Assembly (NCBI GenBank): GCA_951406725.2
Contig: OX597820.1
Location: forward strand, 98,394,001 to 98,458,000
Source: Octopus vulgaris
Taxonomy: Eukaryota
Direction: 5' to 3'
DNA: 64,000 nucleotides
Shown here: piece by piece, positions 52,392 through 64,000 of the stretch
Layout of the letters: each line of letters begins with the position of its first letter
Position numbering within the stretch: the first letter of the stretch is position 1
The notes under the pieces: generated by a model
The model's database searches: none
The model's input: the letters and a program-made list of their open reading frames with translations, nothing else
Told to the model about the DNA's origin: nothing
Position numbers and translations under genes: made by a program

Positions 52392-53633
52392 AGACTGCCG
52401 ATCGACTTGGTTGCTTCTACGTCAGTCTGTCAGATGCTATTTATGTTTATCATTGTTGTTCTTGCTGCAGTTGTTCAACCAAAAGTCATATTTAACTAGA
52501 CAGACCAATAACTAAAGGCATCACATACTTTTAGGGGCTATCTAAGGTTAGAGTTATCAAATGATTCATTTCCTTTATTTATAATGTTATTTAAGTAATG
52601 TGATTTAAGGGACAGTTGACTGTCAAAGTTTAGCAGATAGATTTTTATATATATTTTTACACACACACACACACACACACACGCACGCACAGAAGCACAC
52701 ACAGTAATATACACACACACACATGAACATATAGGCCCAATAACACACACACGCACGCACACACGCACGCACACACAAACACACATGGTGGGGCAGAGTG
52801 AGTAATATTTACTGCTTTTTTTTACTGTAATTTTTACTCTGCGTAACAATGGATTTTTTTTTTAAATGTTCGCTACCTAACAAAAACTATATCAGGTAAG
52901 CAAACGACCTTCTCCACAATGTATTAAAAGTGCAAAAATATATTCAGAACACTATTTCAGGAAATTATCCTCCGTTCCCTTTGTACATATAAAAGATAAA
53001 TTTAGTTAAGACAAAATGAATAAGGCAAAACAAGGTAAATTTGCTTCTTCAATTCTCAAGGAATTACATCTGGAAAGAGACTCATACACAACAGTAACCA
53101 TCTTTAGACATCAGAAAAATCAGCAATGCAGTTAAACTTTAAAATATCATTGTTAAATTGAAACAGGATCATGGGAAAATGGCACATGTTATGATATTCG
53201 ACTAGATCTAAAAATTTATCATAAAATTTCTCTATATCTTTTTCACGATGTGCTGGAGTGGCCCTCTTCTTGATATATTAATGTACCACACAGTTAAAGA
53301 GAAGGAAATTATTGAAATTAGTTTTTACTGCTTTTGCCTCAATTTAGACGTCGTTTTGTTGTAAATTGAGAATTATCAAATTAGTCTAAGAAAAACTGAA
53401 AAGAGAGAAAAGGATATTGATTGTTGAGCATTAAAAAAATTATCCAGATATTCTATTAGCAAACTTAATTACAATCGGGTTAAAGTTGGGGAGATATTTC
53501 TTGAAAAAAAGTACCTGTCACTTGACTATGTTTAAAACACTCCCAAATTCAACAGCAACAACTATGCTGATCAATATTTACTCCCAAAGATGATGCAACA
53601 TATATACCTGTATTTAATAAATATATATATACG

Positions 53634-53667
<34 letters not shown>

Positions 53668-53749
53668 AAGAGAGTGAGAGTGAGAGTGAGAGTGAGTGAG
53701 TGGGACGTACAGATAAAAAGATAGATATATTATTATTATTATTATTATT

Positions 53750-53790
<41 letters not shown>

Positions 53791-53805
53791 TAATAATGGT
53801 GGCGA

Positions 53806-53847
<42 letters not shown>

Positions 53848-53849
<2 letters not shown>

Positions 53850-54790
53850 ATTTATTCTTTTATTCGTCTCAAGGGTCGCATACAAAATATTAATTGACAT
53901 ACAACATATAATACAAAAACAGGACTATACAATGGGTTTTTGCGTGTACACAATGTAATAATAAAAATTGAACAAATTAAAACTCCCAATAGGGAAGGCG
54001 CTTTAAGGTCTTCGTGGAGAACCCCACAAAAGTCACGGGTGTCTGAACAACAGGGCAAGAGCCCTTCTCCTTTTTTTTTACAGGTGCACGCTCAGAATCG
54101 GTCCTTTAACACTGGACATTCTTCCAACATTCACCCACCTTTCAATAAACTTGCTACAAGGCAAAATTTCCCTCTCCACCCTCAACTTTCTTTTCAAGCG
54201 AAACTTTAAAAAGTTGATGAGGGCTTGCCCAAAGAGGAAAGTGTCTGTCTTTAATCCTTTAAAACGGGCCCATCATACTACCTCATTCGCTACAGCCACT
54301 AGAGAAATAAAAATTACCTGCCCCTCCCAGCCAAAAGAGGGCGATGGGGCAATCTTCACAATAATAGCCGAATTTGTCCTACACACGCCAGCAGGTGTTC
54401 AACATAAACCTACAGGTCCATAGGGCGGGAAGAACGGTTTCATCGTTCTGAACGCACCTCGGGCAGGCCCGGCTGACAGTACTTCCGTATCTGTCAATTT
54501 TATCCCGATCAGGCAGCACCCCTCAGTAGCACTGCCAGACAAGGGATTTCTGGAAGTTAACCATAGTCCCAAGCCCGAAAGTTCTCCGAAACAGACCGGT
54601 TAGTTGATCGTCATCGACGCCTAGAGTTTCCCTGAGGACATCGTCGCAATTTCCCTCCACTAGCCCTCTATAGAATGTTAGAGTGGAACTACCACTGGCG
54701 GAGGGCAGTGAGCGCTTGACGGCACTCGAAGTGCCAAGCGCTCCTCCTCGGTCTACGCCTTATCCAGGATTACAGCTCAGTCAAAGAGAC
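53848..54790 (-). mobile_element. Tx1/L1-like LINE 3' end
   Basis: CPRCVQNDETVL, LVAVANEVV.WAR..KRKLRVERE..FIERW, 3' UTR with an AATAAAAGAATAAA end. Confidence 0.8.
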
Positions 54791-54799
54791 GAGCTAATG

Positions 54800-56851
54800 C
54801 TAAAGTTGTAACTGCTCAACTAGGTATCAGGACGACACAGAAAATGACCAACTATATCAATAGACCTCCTTAGTAGAAGGTAGCAATATAAAGAGATCGG
54901 ATCTCCGCGGGCGGATGTATCATTTCTCGATTAACTTACTAGAGGAGTAAATGTTAAGACTAAACGAGCTAGAAAAATCAAGCAAAAATATAAAATCAAA
55001 GATTTTATAAACATCTCTGCAACCAAGGAACAATTGAAACAAAGAATACAGCTGAAGGCCCAACGGCTTAAAATGTATGAGAAACGAATCAAATTTTATC
55101 AACAAAACAAGATATTCAAGACAGATGCAAAGGAAATTGGCAAAAGTAAGATAGAAGTGAAGGAGCCACCTAAGACTGAGGAAATGGAAGAGTTCTGGAA
55201 GAAGTTATGGAAAAACAAAAAAGAATATAATGCTGAAGCTGTCTGGATAGAGTGTGAGAAAGTGAGACTGGGTGAAGTTAGAGAGCAGAAATGGGATGCA
55301 ATAAGAATACAAGAGCTAAGATGTGTTCTTAGGAAGTCTCACAGTTGGAAAACCCCAGAACTGGGCCGAATTCCTAACTTCTGGCTAAATTGTCTGACAG
55401 AAGTATACCAAAATTTATGCTGCATCTCTGACTGATGTCATCTAGAACCCAGAGCAACTACCTGCCTGGCTGACCGAAGAAACAACATACCTTCTACCAA
55501 AAGCTGAAGACAGAAAAAATCCAAAGAACTACCAAACAATAACATGTCTCAACACTACTTACAAGATCCTTACGTCGATACTAACTGAAAGAATATACAC
55601 TTCATTTCAACACAACAAGCTCAAAAAGGTTGTAAAAGGAATTCTTATGAGTGCAAAGATCAATTACTCATAAGTAAAATTATTGTAAAGATTTGCCGAG
55701 TATGGCATGGATAGAATACAGGAAAGCGTTTGATAGTGTCCCACATAACTGGATCCTCAAGTCTCTTGAAAGATATAAGATCTCTCTTGTCATCTCCAAA
55801 TTCTTATAATGTAGCATGGCCAAGTGGAACACACGTCTCCTTCTAAACCACAGTAATGGGATGAGCCAAACTAACAATATCAACATCAAACGAGGCATCT
55901 TCCAAGGTGAATCCTTCTCCCCGTTTACTCGTTTGTATGACACTGATCCCACTCTCAAAGGAACTAAATACCACCAGGCATGGGTTCAAAGTTTTCAATA
56001 CGACAATAAACCATCTGTTTTATATGGATTATTTGAAAATGTTTGCTAGAAACGACGAAGAGCTAGCAGGGCTGCTAACAACTGTTAAAGAATTCAGTAT
56101 TTACATCTGGATGGACTTTGGCCTTGATAAGTGTGCTAAAGCAACTTTGGATCTTTTCGGTTTGAACGACAGTTTTTTCTAGCGGTGTCATATGAAATTG
56201 TCACCCATAATTATGACCCTAGTATCGATCTATTGCATTTCAATCTATTTTAGGGTTACGGTTAGTTAGGGTTAGGGGTGGGGGAAGGGTATCTTTTTTT
56301 CTTCAGAAATGTAAATAAACCCAATCTGTTTCTTAAACGAGGTAAAGGAGCCACGGCACAGAATGTTTTCACCTCAATAGACGTAATTGATTCGTTGAAA
56401 TTGCAGAAATTGAAGAAAAAATACAACAAATATCTTACAAACTATAGAATGTTCTCAATAAAGCCAAGAGAAAAAAGATGTTTTATAAACACATTCTACC
56501 AGTATACGAAGTTTAAAAGTGTTTAGTTACGTGGAAATTGTTTTAAAAAACCGCCGTTCAAACCGAAAAGATCCGCAACTTTTGTAAGAGGCAAGCCCAG
56601 GCTAATAGCTTCCATTAAATCAGATAACAACACTACCATCAAGGAGCTTGACCCACAAGAAAATTACAAATACCTGGGGATAAACGAAGGAAATGGTATA
56701 CAACATGCTACCATGAAGGAAAAATAAGAAAGGAATATTACAGGAGAATAAGACTCATACTAAAAACTGAACTCAACTCTAAAATTCGCGTCGAAGCAAT
56801 TGACACCCTGGCACTTCCACTAGTCCAATATAGCTTTAACATCATTAACTG
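54800..56851 (+). mobile_element. R4/Dong reverse transcriptase region (pseudogenised), interrupted by a MITE
   Basis: EEFWKKLW, SWKTP..RIPNFWL, TYLLPK..PKNYQTITCL, QKGC..CKDQLL, KAFDSVPH, RGIFQGES.SP, NHLFYMDYLK, FGLDKC, YKYLG, YSFNIIN. Confidence 0.92.
56149..56574. mobile_element. Merlin-like MITE with a perfect 8-bp TSD
   Basis: GCAACTTT|GGATCTTTTCGGTTTGAACG ... CGTTCAAACCGAAAAGATCC|GCAACTTT; right part homologous to 14370-14518. Confidence 0.9.
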
Positions 56852-56852
56852 A

Positions 56853-57064
<212 letters not shown>

Positions 57065-57332
57065 TTTTATTCAGGCGCAGAAGTGGCTGTGTGGTAAGTA
57101 GCTTGCCTATATATTCAGTCCACAGCAGGACGAAAGTCTCAGCATGTTCTCTCCGTCAACCACAACCTGAGGTAGAATCTGTAAATTTTAGTTGGAGCTC
57201 ATACTGGTTTGATGAGCCTACTCTGCCACACTGGCAAGGCACAGCTTGGCAGAAAGGTACAGTTTATTTTATATAATCATACCCAGGAATAGTTAAGTAG
57301 ATTACCTCACCTCTATTGCTCAACTGGTACTA

Positions 57333-57380
<48 letters not shown>

Positions 57381-57595
57381 TTAGGGAGTAAATCCAAACT
57401 TACAGGGAAAATTAGATTTAGGATTAAATCCAATTTTATAGTATAAATATATTATATTAACTTAGAGATAAAACCACTATTAGGCAAATCAAACAGTGGA
57501 AATCATAAGCCAATACATAGAAAGAAAATTAATTTAAAAAATATAAAAGTTAAAATTTAAAAAATTATTTAAATAATTTAAACTTATAAATGTTA

Positions 57596-57644
<49 letters not shown>

Positions 57645-57723
57645 TTTTATGTTATTTTATTTATTTATTTATTTATTTATGTATTTATTTTTTTTATTTT
57701 AAGATAAAATAAATAAAATAAAT

Positions 57724-57775
<52 letters not shown>

Positions 57776-57776
<1 letters not shown>

Positions 57777-58175
57777 TGAAAGGTTGATAGTGTGGCCGCT
57801 AGCATATCCGGATCTCAACCCTATCGAAAATCTTTGGTCGGTCATTAAACAAGATGTTTACCTTGATGGACGCCAATTTATGTCGGAAGATGCCTTATGG
57901 GCGACCATCAAAGCTGCAGTAAAGGTAGTCCAACATGCTACTTTTAAGAAATTAACAGATTCTATGACTAATAAGGTTTTTGAAGTTATCCGTCGAAATG
58001 ACCCACATGTGGTTAAATAATTCATTATGTCACTAAATGTTCTAATATTATTATGGTTTTCCGTTAAATATATACTCAATGTATGCTTAATACGTATCAT
58101 TACCCTTCATTTTCTGAAAATAAATGTCTAGATGGGTTGTTTTTATTTAAAAGCTATTAGCGTGGTTCACCCCCA
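57776..58175 (+). mobile_element. Tc1 (DD34E) transposase C-terminal fragment
   Basis: WPLAYPDLNPIENLWSVIK. Confidence 0.85.
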
Positions 58176-58244
58176 AACGGAAGAATCTGAAATGAATAAA
58201 TAAATACGTATGTATGTATGTATGTATGTATGTATGTATGTATG

Positions 58245-58278
<34 letters not shown>

Positions 58279-58599
58279 TGTGTGTGTGTGTGCATGTATA
58301 TATATATATACATATATATATGCGTGTGTGTATATTTATGTATATATGTATGTTTGTATATATGTGTGTCCTATGAGGATGAGATACGGTAAGCAGTTGA
58401 GATATCTTGTAATCAGTTTGACATACATTAGATTTTGTATGATAGTGTTGATCATAGCTGACGGTAGATAATGAACTCTGACCTTCTTCTTATTTTATAT
58501 TATAGTTCATGCTCTGTTTCGTGAGTATGGGGCGGAGGGACTTGGGATTTTTAAAGATTATTAGATTATTTTGTTTTGTTTTTGTTCTTATTAGATTAT

Positions 58600-59082
58600 T
58601 GTGACCGACTCGTCACCATCATCAGTGCTGTCATCATCAGTTCTATTGATCCTCATCATCATTATCATCATCGTCGTCGTCGTCGTCATCATCATCATCA
58701 TCACCAACATCGTTACCACTACCACTAACACTATCGTCATTACTACCACTGTTTCTATTATTATCATCATCATCACCACCACCGCCAATAACATCATCAT
58801 CATCATCTTCTTTACTACCACCTTCACTACCACTAACATCACACCGCAACCACCATCATCACCACCATCATAACCGTCATCACCTTCACCACTACCACCA
58901 CCAACAACAACAATAACAACAACAATAACATCCTCATGATTACCACCACTGCTACCATTATCATCATTCTTGCCCCTCCACCACGACCACGACCACCACC
59001 TCCCCGTCACCGCTTAACACCACCAACACCATCACTATCACTCCTATCAGCACCAACCTTTATAACCACCAAAATCACCACC

Positions 59083-59113
<31 letters not shown>

Positions 59114-59490
59114 CCATCATCACGATCATTATTGCCGTCGCTAAATTGGAAACCCCGTTCTTCCATTGTCATCTTCGTAGCCGTCTTTGATACATTATCA
59201 TCATTATCGTTGGCATCCTACTCGCCATCATCCTCGTAGCCATTTACACTGTCATCGTTTTCATGATCATCCAGATCCTCCTCTACTTCCTCATCTTTAT
59301 CACATTCATCGTTTTCTTCTTTTTCCTTTCCTCCTCCTCCACCTTCATCATCATCATCATCATCAACAGAAATTTGCCATCGTAATCACAGCCCTAATCA
59401 TCTACTATTTTCCATCCTCTTCCTTCTCAGAACCACCACCAACATCATCCTCACCATTATTATCGTCGTCATCGTTGTCGTCGTTATCGT
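58600..59490. repeat. Degenerate (CAT/CAC/CCT)n low-complexity tract
   Basis: Direct reading. Confidence 0.9.
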
Positions 59491-59499
59491 TTTGGCTGT

Positions 59500-61620
59500 C
59501 TCGATCATGACCAGTTGCGATAAACAGTTCATTATCCTGATCTTAGGAATCTTGAGATTGTGCAAATATTTCTTCACACATTTCAAAGACCCTATTCGGT
59601 TGACGGGTACATTATTAATAACAAGCGATGCGTCTTACGAAACGGAGAAAATAGGACAGACTCTGTCAATTTTGGTAAAAAAAAAAATAGTAAGGAACAG
59701 CAGATTAGATAAGGAGATAATGGACCGATTATAGAAGATGAACCGAAAGGCATTGCAGCGAAGTTCGAAAAATGTGTGGCATGCATACTGAAGGATGCTC
59801 TGAAATATGAAGGACCGAATGCAGTAAGATATGTTCGGCGTGTTTAATCGAGGCATAGCTACAAATTTGCGCATCTGGAGTGTGCTATCTGATTCCAGAA
59901 ATGCGTGGTTTGGGTGCCTCACCGAACTGTTGGTAAAGAGCAACAAAATGAAGTTGTCTGGTTTCAATAATTATCAAAACGGCTTGCCCCCACCACACAC
60001 ACAAACTCTCAGCCAAAGGCGTGATATTCTACGATTGCCGGAACTTGAAGGTCAAATATTAGTGGTATTTGTTACATTTGTTCGTTAATGTCTTGGCAGT
60101 TAATTACTGCAAATTGCATACTGGGAGCATCTCATGTTGTATGATACTCTAGAATGGCAAGACTGTCGAGAAGGTATTTTAACAAGGGTGACACAGACCC
60201 ATAACTCTGTTCAATACATAATTAATGGTTTTTTTAAAGGTACTCACCAAGTGATCGGTGCATATTATCAATATGTTTAGACTAAGAATCACAAAAATTG
60301 TACAACTCTCGACAGATCTATGCACAACCTCCAACACTTACTATACATCGGCGAGCAGGTCAGCACAAGATGAAATCTTGGTTGAACTCGGATCAATTTA
60401 GATCGGTTCAAAACGTTTGAAATAACCAACAATTCTATCTAGCTGCTGTTCCAAGCATAGCCAGCGTCGATTCATTCTTCAGAGTCTAAAGAGGTAAAAT
60501 CTATGATGACATTCCGACGGGTGGTAGAACAGAGTTTATGGTAAGGTACTCCTTAGCTGGATCGACACCCGGTTAAAGTGTTTGGTGTCTGGTTCGGAAG
60601 AGAGCCGTATGTAATAAAAGGTTGGTAAAATTCGCAAACCAGGTAACCAATCTCATTTAAAATTTGACGGAAAAGTAAACATTTCTAAATGGTCCGACGA
60701 AGGTATCAAATATCTATATCGCTTTGCTGGTGTACTAGTGCGTGATCGTGGTACCTTGCCCCAAGAAACAACTAATAGATTACAGTGTATGTACTTAGTT
60801 CTTGTGAAGGAGACATAATCTGCAGGTCAGGACATAGTTTTATCTGCGACCAAGGCTCTCTACAAGTGTGTGCTTAGATGCCCAGAAACGATGCTCAAAT
60901 AGGATGACACAACTGCAGAAAATGCTAGATGACGACCATTGGAGTGGGGTAGCTGAATGAAATGCTTTTTCTTTTCCGCAGCTTTTAATGAAATCTGCTC
61001 CATCAAGCACAGAAAAAGATTTGGCCTTCGGCATGTGGCGTTTGAAATGACGCCAAGTTCTCTCTGAACTCTAACTCCTGGATGACGCTCTTGGTGAAAA
61101 ATTAGTTCTCGCATTCTATTGACTGATAAAGGTGGATATGAGCTACTCTTCTCGCATTTTCGCAGCGCTCCAATGTGAGTTGAGTTAGGCCATCGAGGTA
61201 GGCACTCCTTGTTTCCAAATGCTCGACCTGATCAGTTGAGCAAAGTGCCGTTGGGATAATGCAAACATCTGCTTCGAATCTAGTAGTGCATGCTCTGCTT
61301 GACTCATGGAAGACGAATATATGCCAATTTTGCTATATTGCCTCTTCCACCGAGGGCCACCGGACGGGGCTCTTTCCCTTCCTGTCTTGGAGCACGTGCC
61401 TTAGTTTTGGCAACGCAGCCGTCGTGTTTCGTGTTGAAGCAATGGTTAAGGGACATTCTCGACACTACAACGTCGGTCACGATGGCTTATTAATTCTCCT
61501 TCTAATCTATTGTTCTCTATCACCATTTCTCTTCTAAAACTTACCGATTCCACTCTGCTCACTCTCATCATTGTGTTCCGCCACACCAGTCGTTAACGAT
61601 TGTTCCTGTCAACCGTCGTG
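59500..61620. mobile_element. Highly decayed Tx1/L1-like RT remnants (plus strand to about 61250, then a minus-strand piece)
   Basis: PVKVFGVWFG near 60570; a frameshifted KSPGPDG-like segment on the minus strand near 61355-61380. Confidence 0.4.
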
Positions 61621-61856
61621 AATCTAAAATCTTAATTCGCTTCTGTAGTCATAATTACAGGCGAGTGGTGGACGACCAAACTTTTCTTCATACTTATATC
61701 AATTCTGATAGAGGAAGCTTATGTTCAAAGGCAATATGACCACAACCATACACTGTATTTAGAGACATATATGAAAACATTACCTAAAATGTTCTTCGTA
61801 CTGTAAGACAGTGGAATGCAGTTTCAAGGAAATTTGGTTGCTATCATTAGCAGATG

Positions 61857-62060
61857 TGGAGGCGCATGGTTAAGTGTTCAGTGTGTTGCGATCATGATCG
61901 TAACATTGCAGTTTCGATTCCTGGGTCGAGCTATGCGTTGTGTTCTTGAGCAAAATACTCCCCTTTTACGGTGCCCCACTCTACTCAGCCCCATTCTACT
62001 CACCCGTCCAGTGAAGAATATATACGCCACAGATTCCAGGAAATCGGTCTTATGAGCTTA
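61857..62060 (+). mobile_element. Degenerate SINE with a B-type head
   Basis: GTGGAGGCGCATGG..GTTTCGATTCC..GTTCTTGAGCAA. Confidence 0.7.
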
Positions 62061-62454
62061 TCGCTTGGGAAAGATCTTTGATGCCTTTTTTTAATTTTTT
62101 AGCCGGTCCAGAAGTGGCGAAGTGGAGGTTCTCTTGTTGGATCCAATTTATTTAATTGCCTTTCACATTTTTTAGGGGTCGAAGAAATAACTACCAGTAG
62201 AGCACCGGGGTCGGTGTAATCGATTAGCTCCCTCCCGCAAAACTTCAAGTTTTGTGCCAACTGTAGAAAGTAACTGGTAACAATACGAGGAACCGAGCAA
62301 AACATCTCAACAAATCTCTTACAACATTCGTACGAAATTCTTCAAACTTTTTTTTTTTAATGTATGTTCGCGTTGTTGTTGCTGCTGTTCCTGCTTCCTC
62401 TGCCCGTTCTGTCCTTTCTGCTGCTGCTTAGCCCAATTTGGCCCTGTTCAAAAA

Positions 62455-62620
62455 GAAATATTTGACGATGAAGTTCAAAGCTCTCACCCAGAGCATAAAA
62501 GGAGAGATCGTATCCGGAATGTTTTTAATCACAATCCTATGATTAAAAACATTCCATCCACGACCCCTCATTTGATCCTCAGGCAATGTGCTTTGAGCTT
62601 CATCATCAAACATTATTTAC
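62455..62620. repeat. Imperfect palindrome of about 165 bp
   Basis: TTTGACGATGAAGTTCAAAGC/GCTTTGAGCTTCATCATCAAA and GGAATGTTTTTAATCA/TGATTAAAAACATTCC. Confidence 0.8.
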
Positions 62621-63062
62621 TCAGTCCATACGAAGTAGTCTGAAGAAAGTTGGCTATTATTTCTTGCAGCTGGAGCGACCGCATAGAGACTCCATTTATT
62701 GTGTATAGAGGTATATGTATATTTTTCCCACGATTGCAAGTAATTATTCTATAGTCTTGATACTTCATTTTAATCCCTTGTTAGTTATGTAGCTATTGTT
62801 GTTGTCTTCGTTCTTGTTTTACTTGTTGTTTCCTTTTATTTATATTTTCATGGTGATTATCGCTATTGTTATTATTATTATTATTATTATTGTTATTATT
62901 ATTATTGTTATTGTTGTTAGTTTTGGCTATAATAAGAAACCTGTGATTCAAGTATTTGGTAACACTGTAATATCACGTCAGGAAATATCCCATAAGCAGT
63001 CAAGTGAGCACTTTTTTCTTAATATATGTATATTTATGATCACACACACACACACACACACA

Positions 63063-63101
<39 letters not shown>

Positions 63102-63184
63102 ACTTATGCACGTAATTATACAAATACACAGACACTTGCGCACATACATATATTCATACAGAAACACAATCATGCACGCACACA

Positions 63185-63222
<38 letters not shown>

Positions 63223-63442
63223 TGTGTGTGCGTGTGCGTGTGTTGTTTAAGTATGTATTTATGCTCACTACTTGTAATTGAGACAGCAATACTTCTTGTA
63301 TTTCTAGGTCCAGATGTATTTTTACACTAATGGAGTAAAATAAACACCTTAAGAAGCTGATTCGTCTTAATTATCAAATCCACTTTACTGAGTATGTACA
63401 CACACACACTTACTTACTTATACACATACACACATGCAAACA

Positions 63443-63520
<78 letters not shown>

Positions 63521-63524
63521 TTCA

Positions 63525-63714
63525 GGCTTGGCGATTTACAGAGGGTTTCGTGGCACCGACAAGATTTCGGGTTTAGTCCCACTGCGGGGAATTTTGGGTA
63601 ATTATCTTTCTACTCTTGCTGCGAGTCCACTAATGACTTGTCAGTGAATTTGGTAGATAGAAACTATGAGGAACCCGTCACGCGCGTGTGCTTGTGTGTG
63701 TGTATGTGTGAGAG

Positions 63715-63753
<39 letters not shown>

Positions 63754-63965
63754 ATGTGTATGTGTGTAAGTACGAACGCGTGTGTCCGTTCATGCGTGAG
63801 CGTCTTTGTATTTGATACCCACTGTTTGGTAACAGGTGTTGGTTTGTTTACCTCCTCCGTAATTTTACGGTTCGGCATAAGAAAAGGATAGAATACGTCC
63901 CCGACTAAAAAAAAATTGAATACACGAAATGATTTGATCGAGTAAACTCTCCAAGGCAGTGCATC
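63525..63965 (+). mobile_element. Degenerate SINE family A
   Basis: AGTCCCACTGCG..ATTTGGTAGATAGAAACT..CGGTTCGGCA..GATAGAATA. Confidence 0.7.
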
Positions 63966-64000
63966 AGCATTACCTATTTCTTTATCCACAAGGGGCTAAA

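Noticed and set aside
54800-56851. Active retrotransposon
   Set aside because: Multiple stops and frameshifts, a mutated catalytic motif (YMDY), a MITE insertion and a missing 3' end.
61545-61623. Minus-strand exon with a strong GTAAGT donor
   Set aside because: Stops occur in all frames from the acceptor, and it adjoins LINE-like decayed sequence.

Overview
This is AT-rich eukaryotic DNA, almost entirely repeats. The SINE families and the microsatellite load ((TA)n, (CA)n, (TATG)n, (GATA)n, (TAA)n, (CAT)n) are consistent with an Octopus-type cephalopod genome; this is recognition from memory, not a database result. No intact protein-coding gene is visible, and nearly all ORF-track entries are microsatellite artefacts. 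The window holds decayed retroelements: R4/Dong-type LINEs in (TAA)n tracts, Penelope-like elements (PLEs), Tx1/L1-like and RTE fragments. It also holds three tRNA-derived SINE groups (called A, B, C here), Tc1/mariner remnants, two GG..CC/8-bp-TSD (Merlin-like) MITEs with internal TTAGGG, a Helentron/HINE-like element and several foldback palindromes. The most interesting signals are: (1) minimal hammerhead ribozyme motifs, including core variants, in short elements embedded in (TA)n; (2) head-less SINE-C multimers with the same junction at independent loci; (3) a near-perfect 134-bp hairpin with a GT..AG spacer; (4) a highly structured RTE-like non-autonomous element; (5) a SINE-derived minisatellite; (6) a candidate minus-strand terminal exon at 35.6 kb. 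Boundaries of degenerate elements are approximate.
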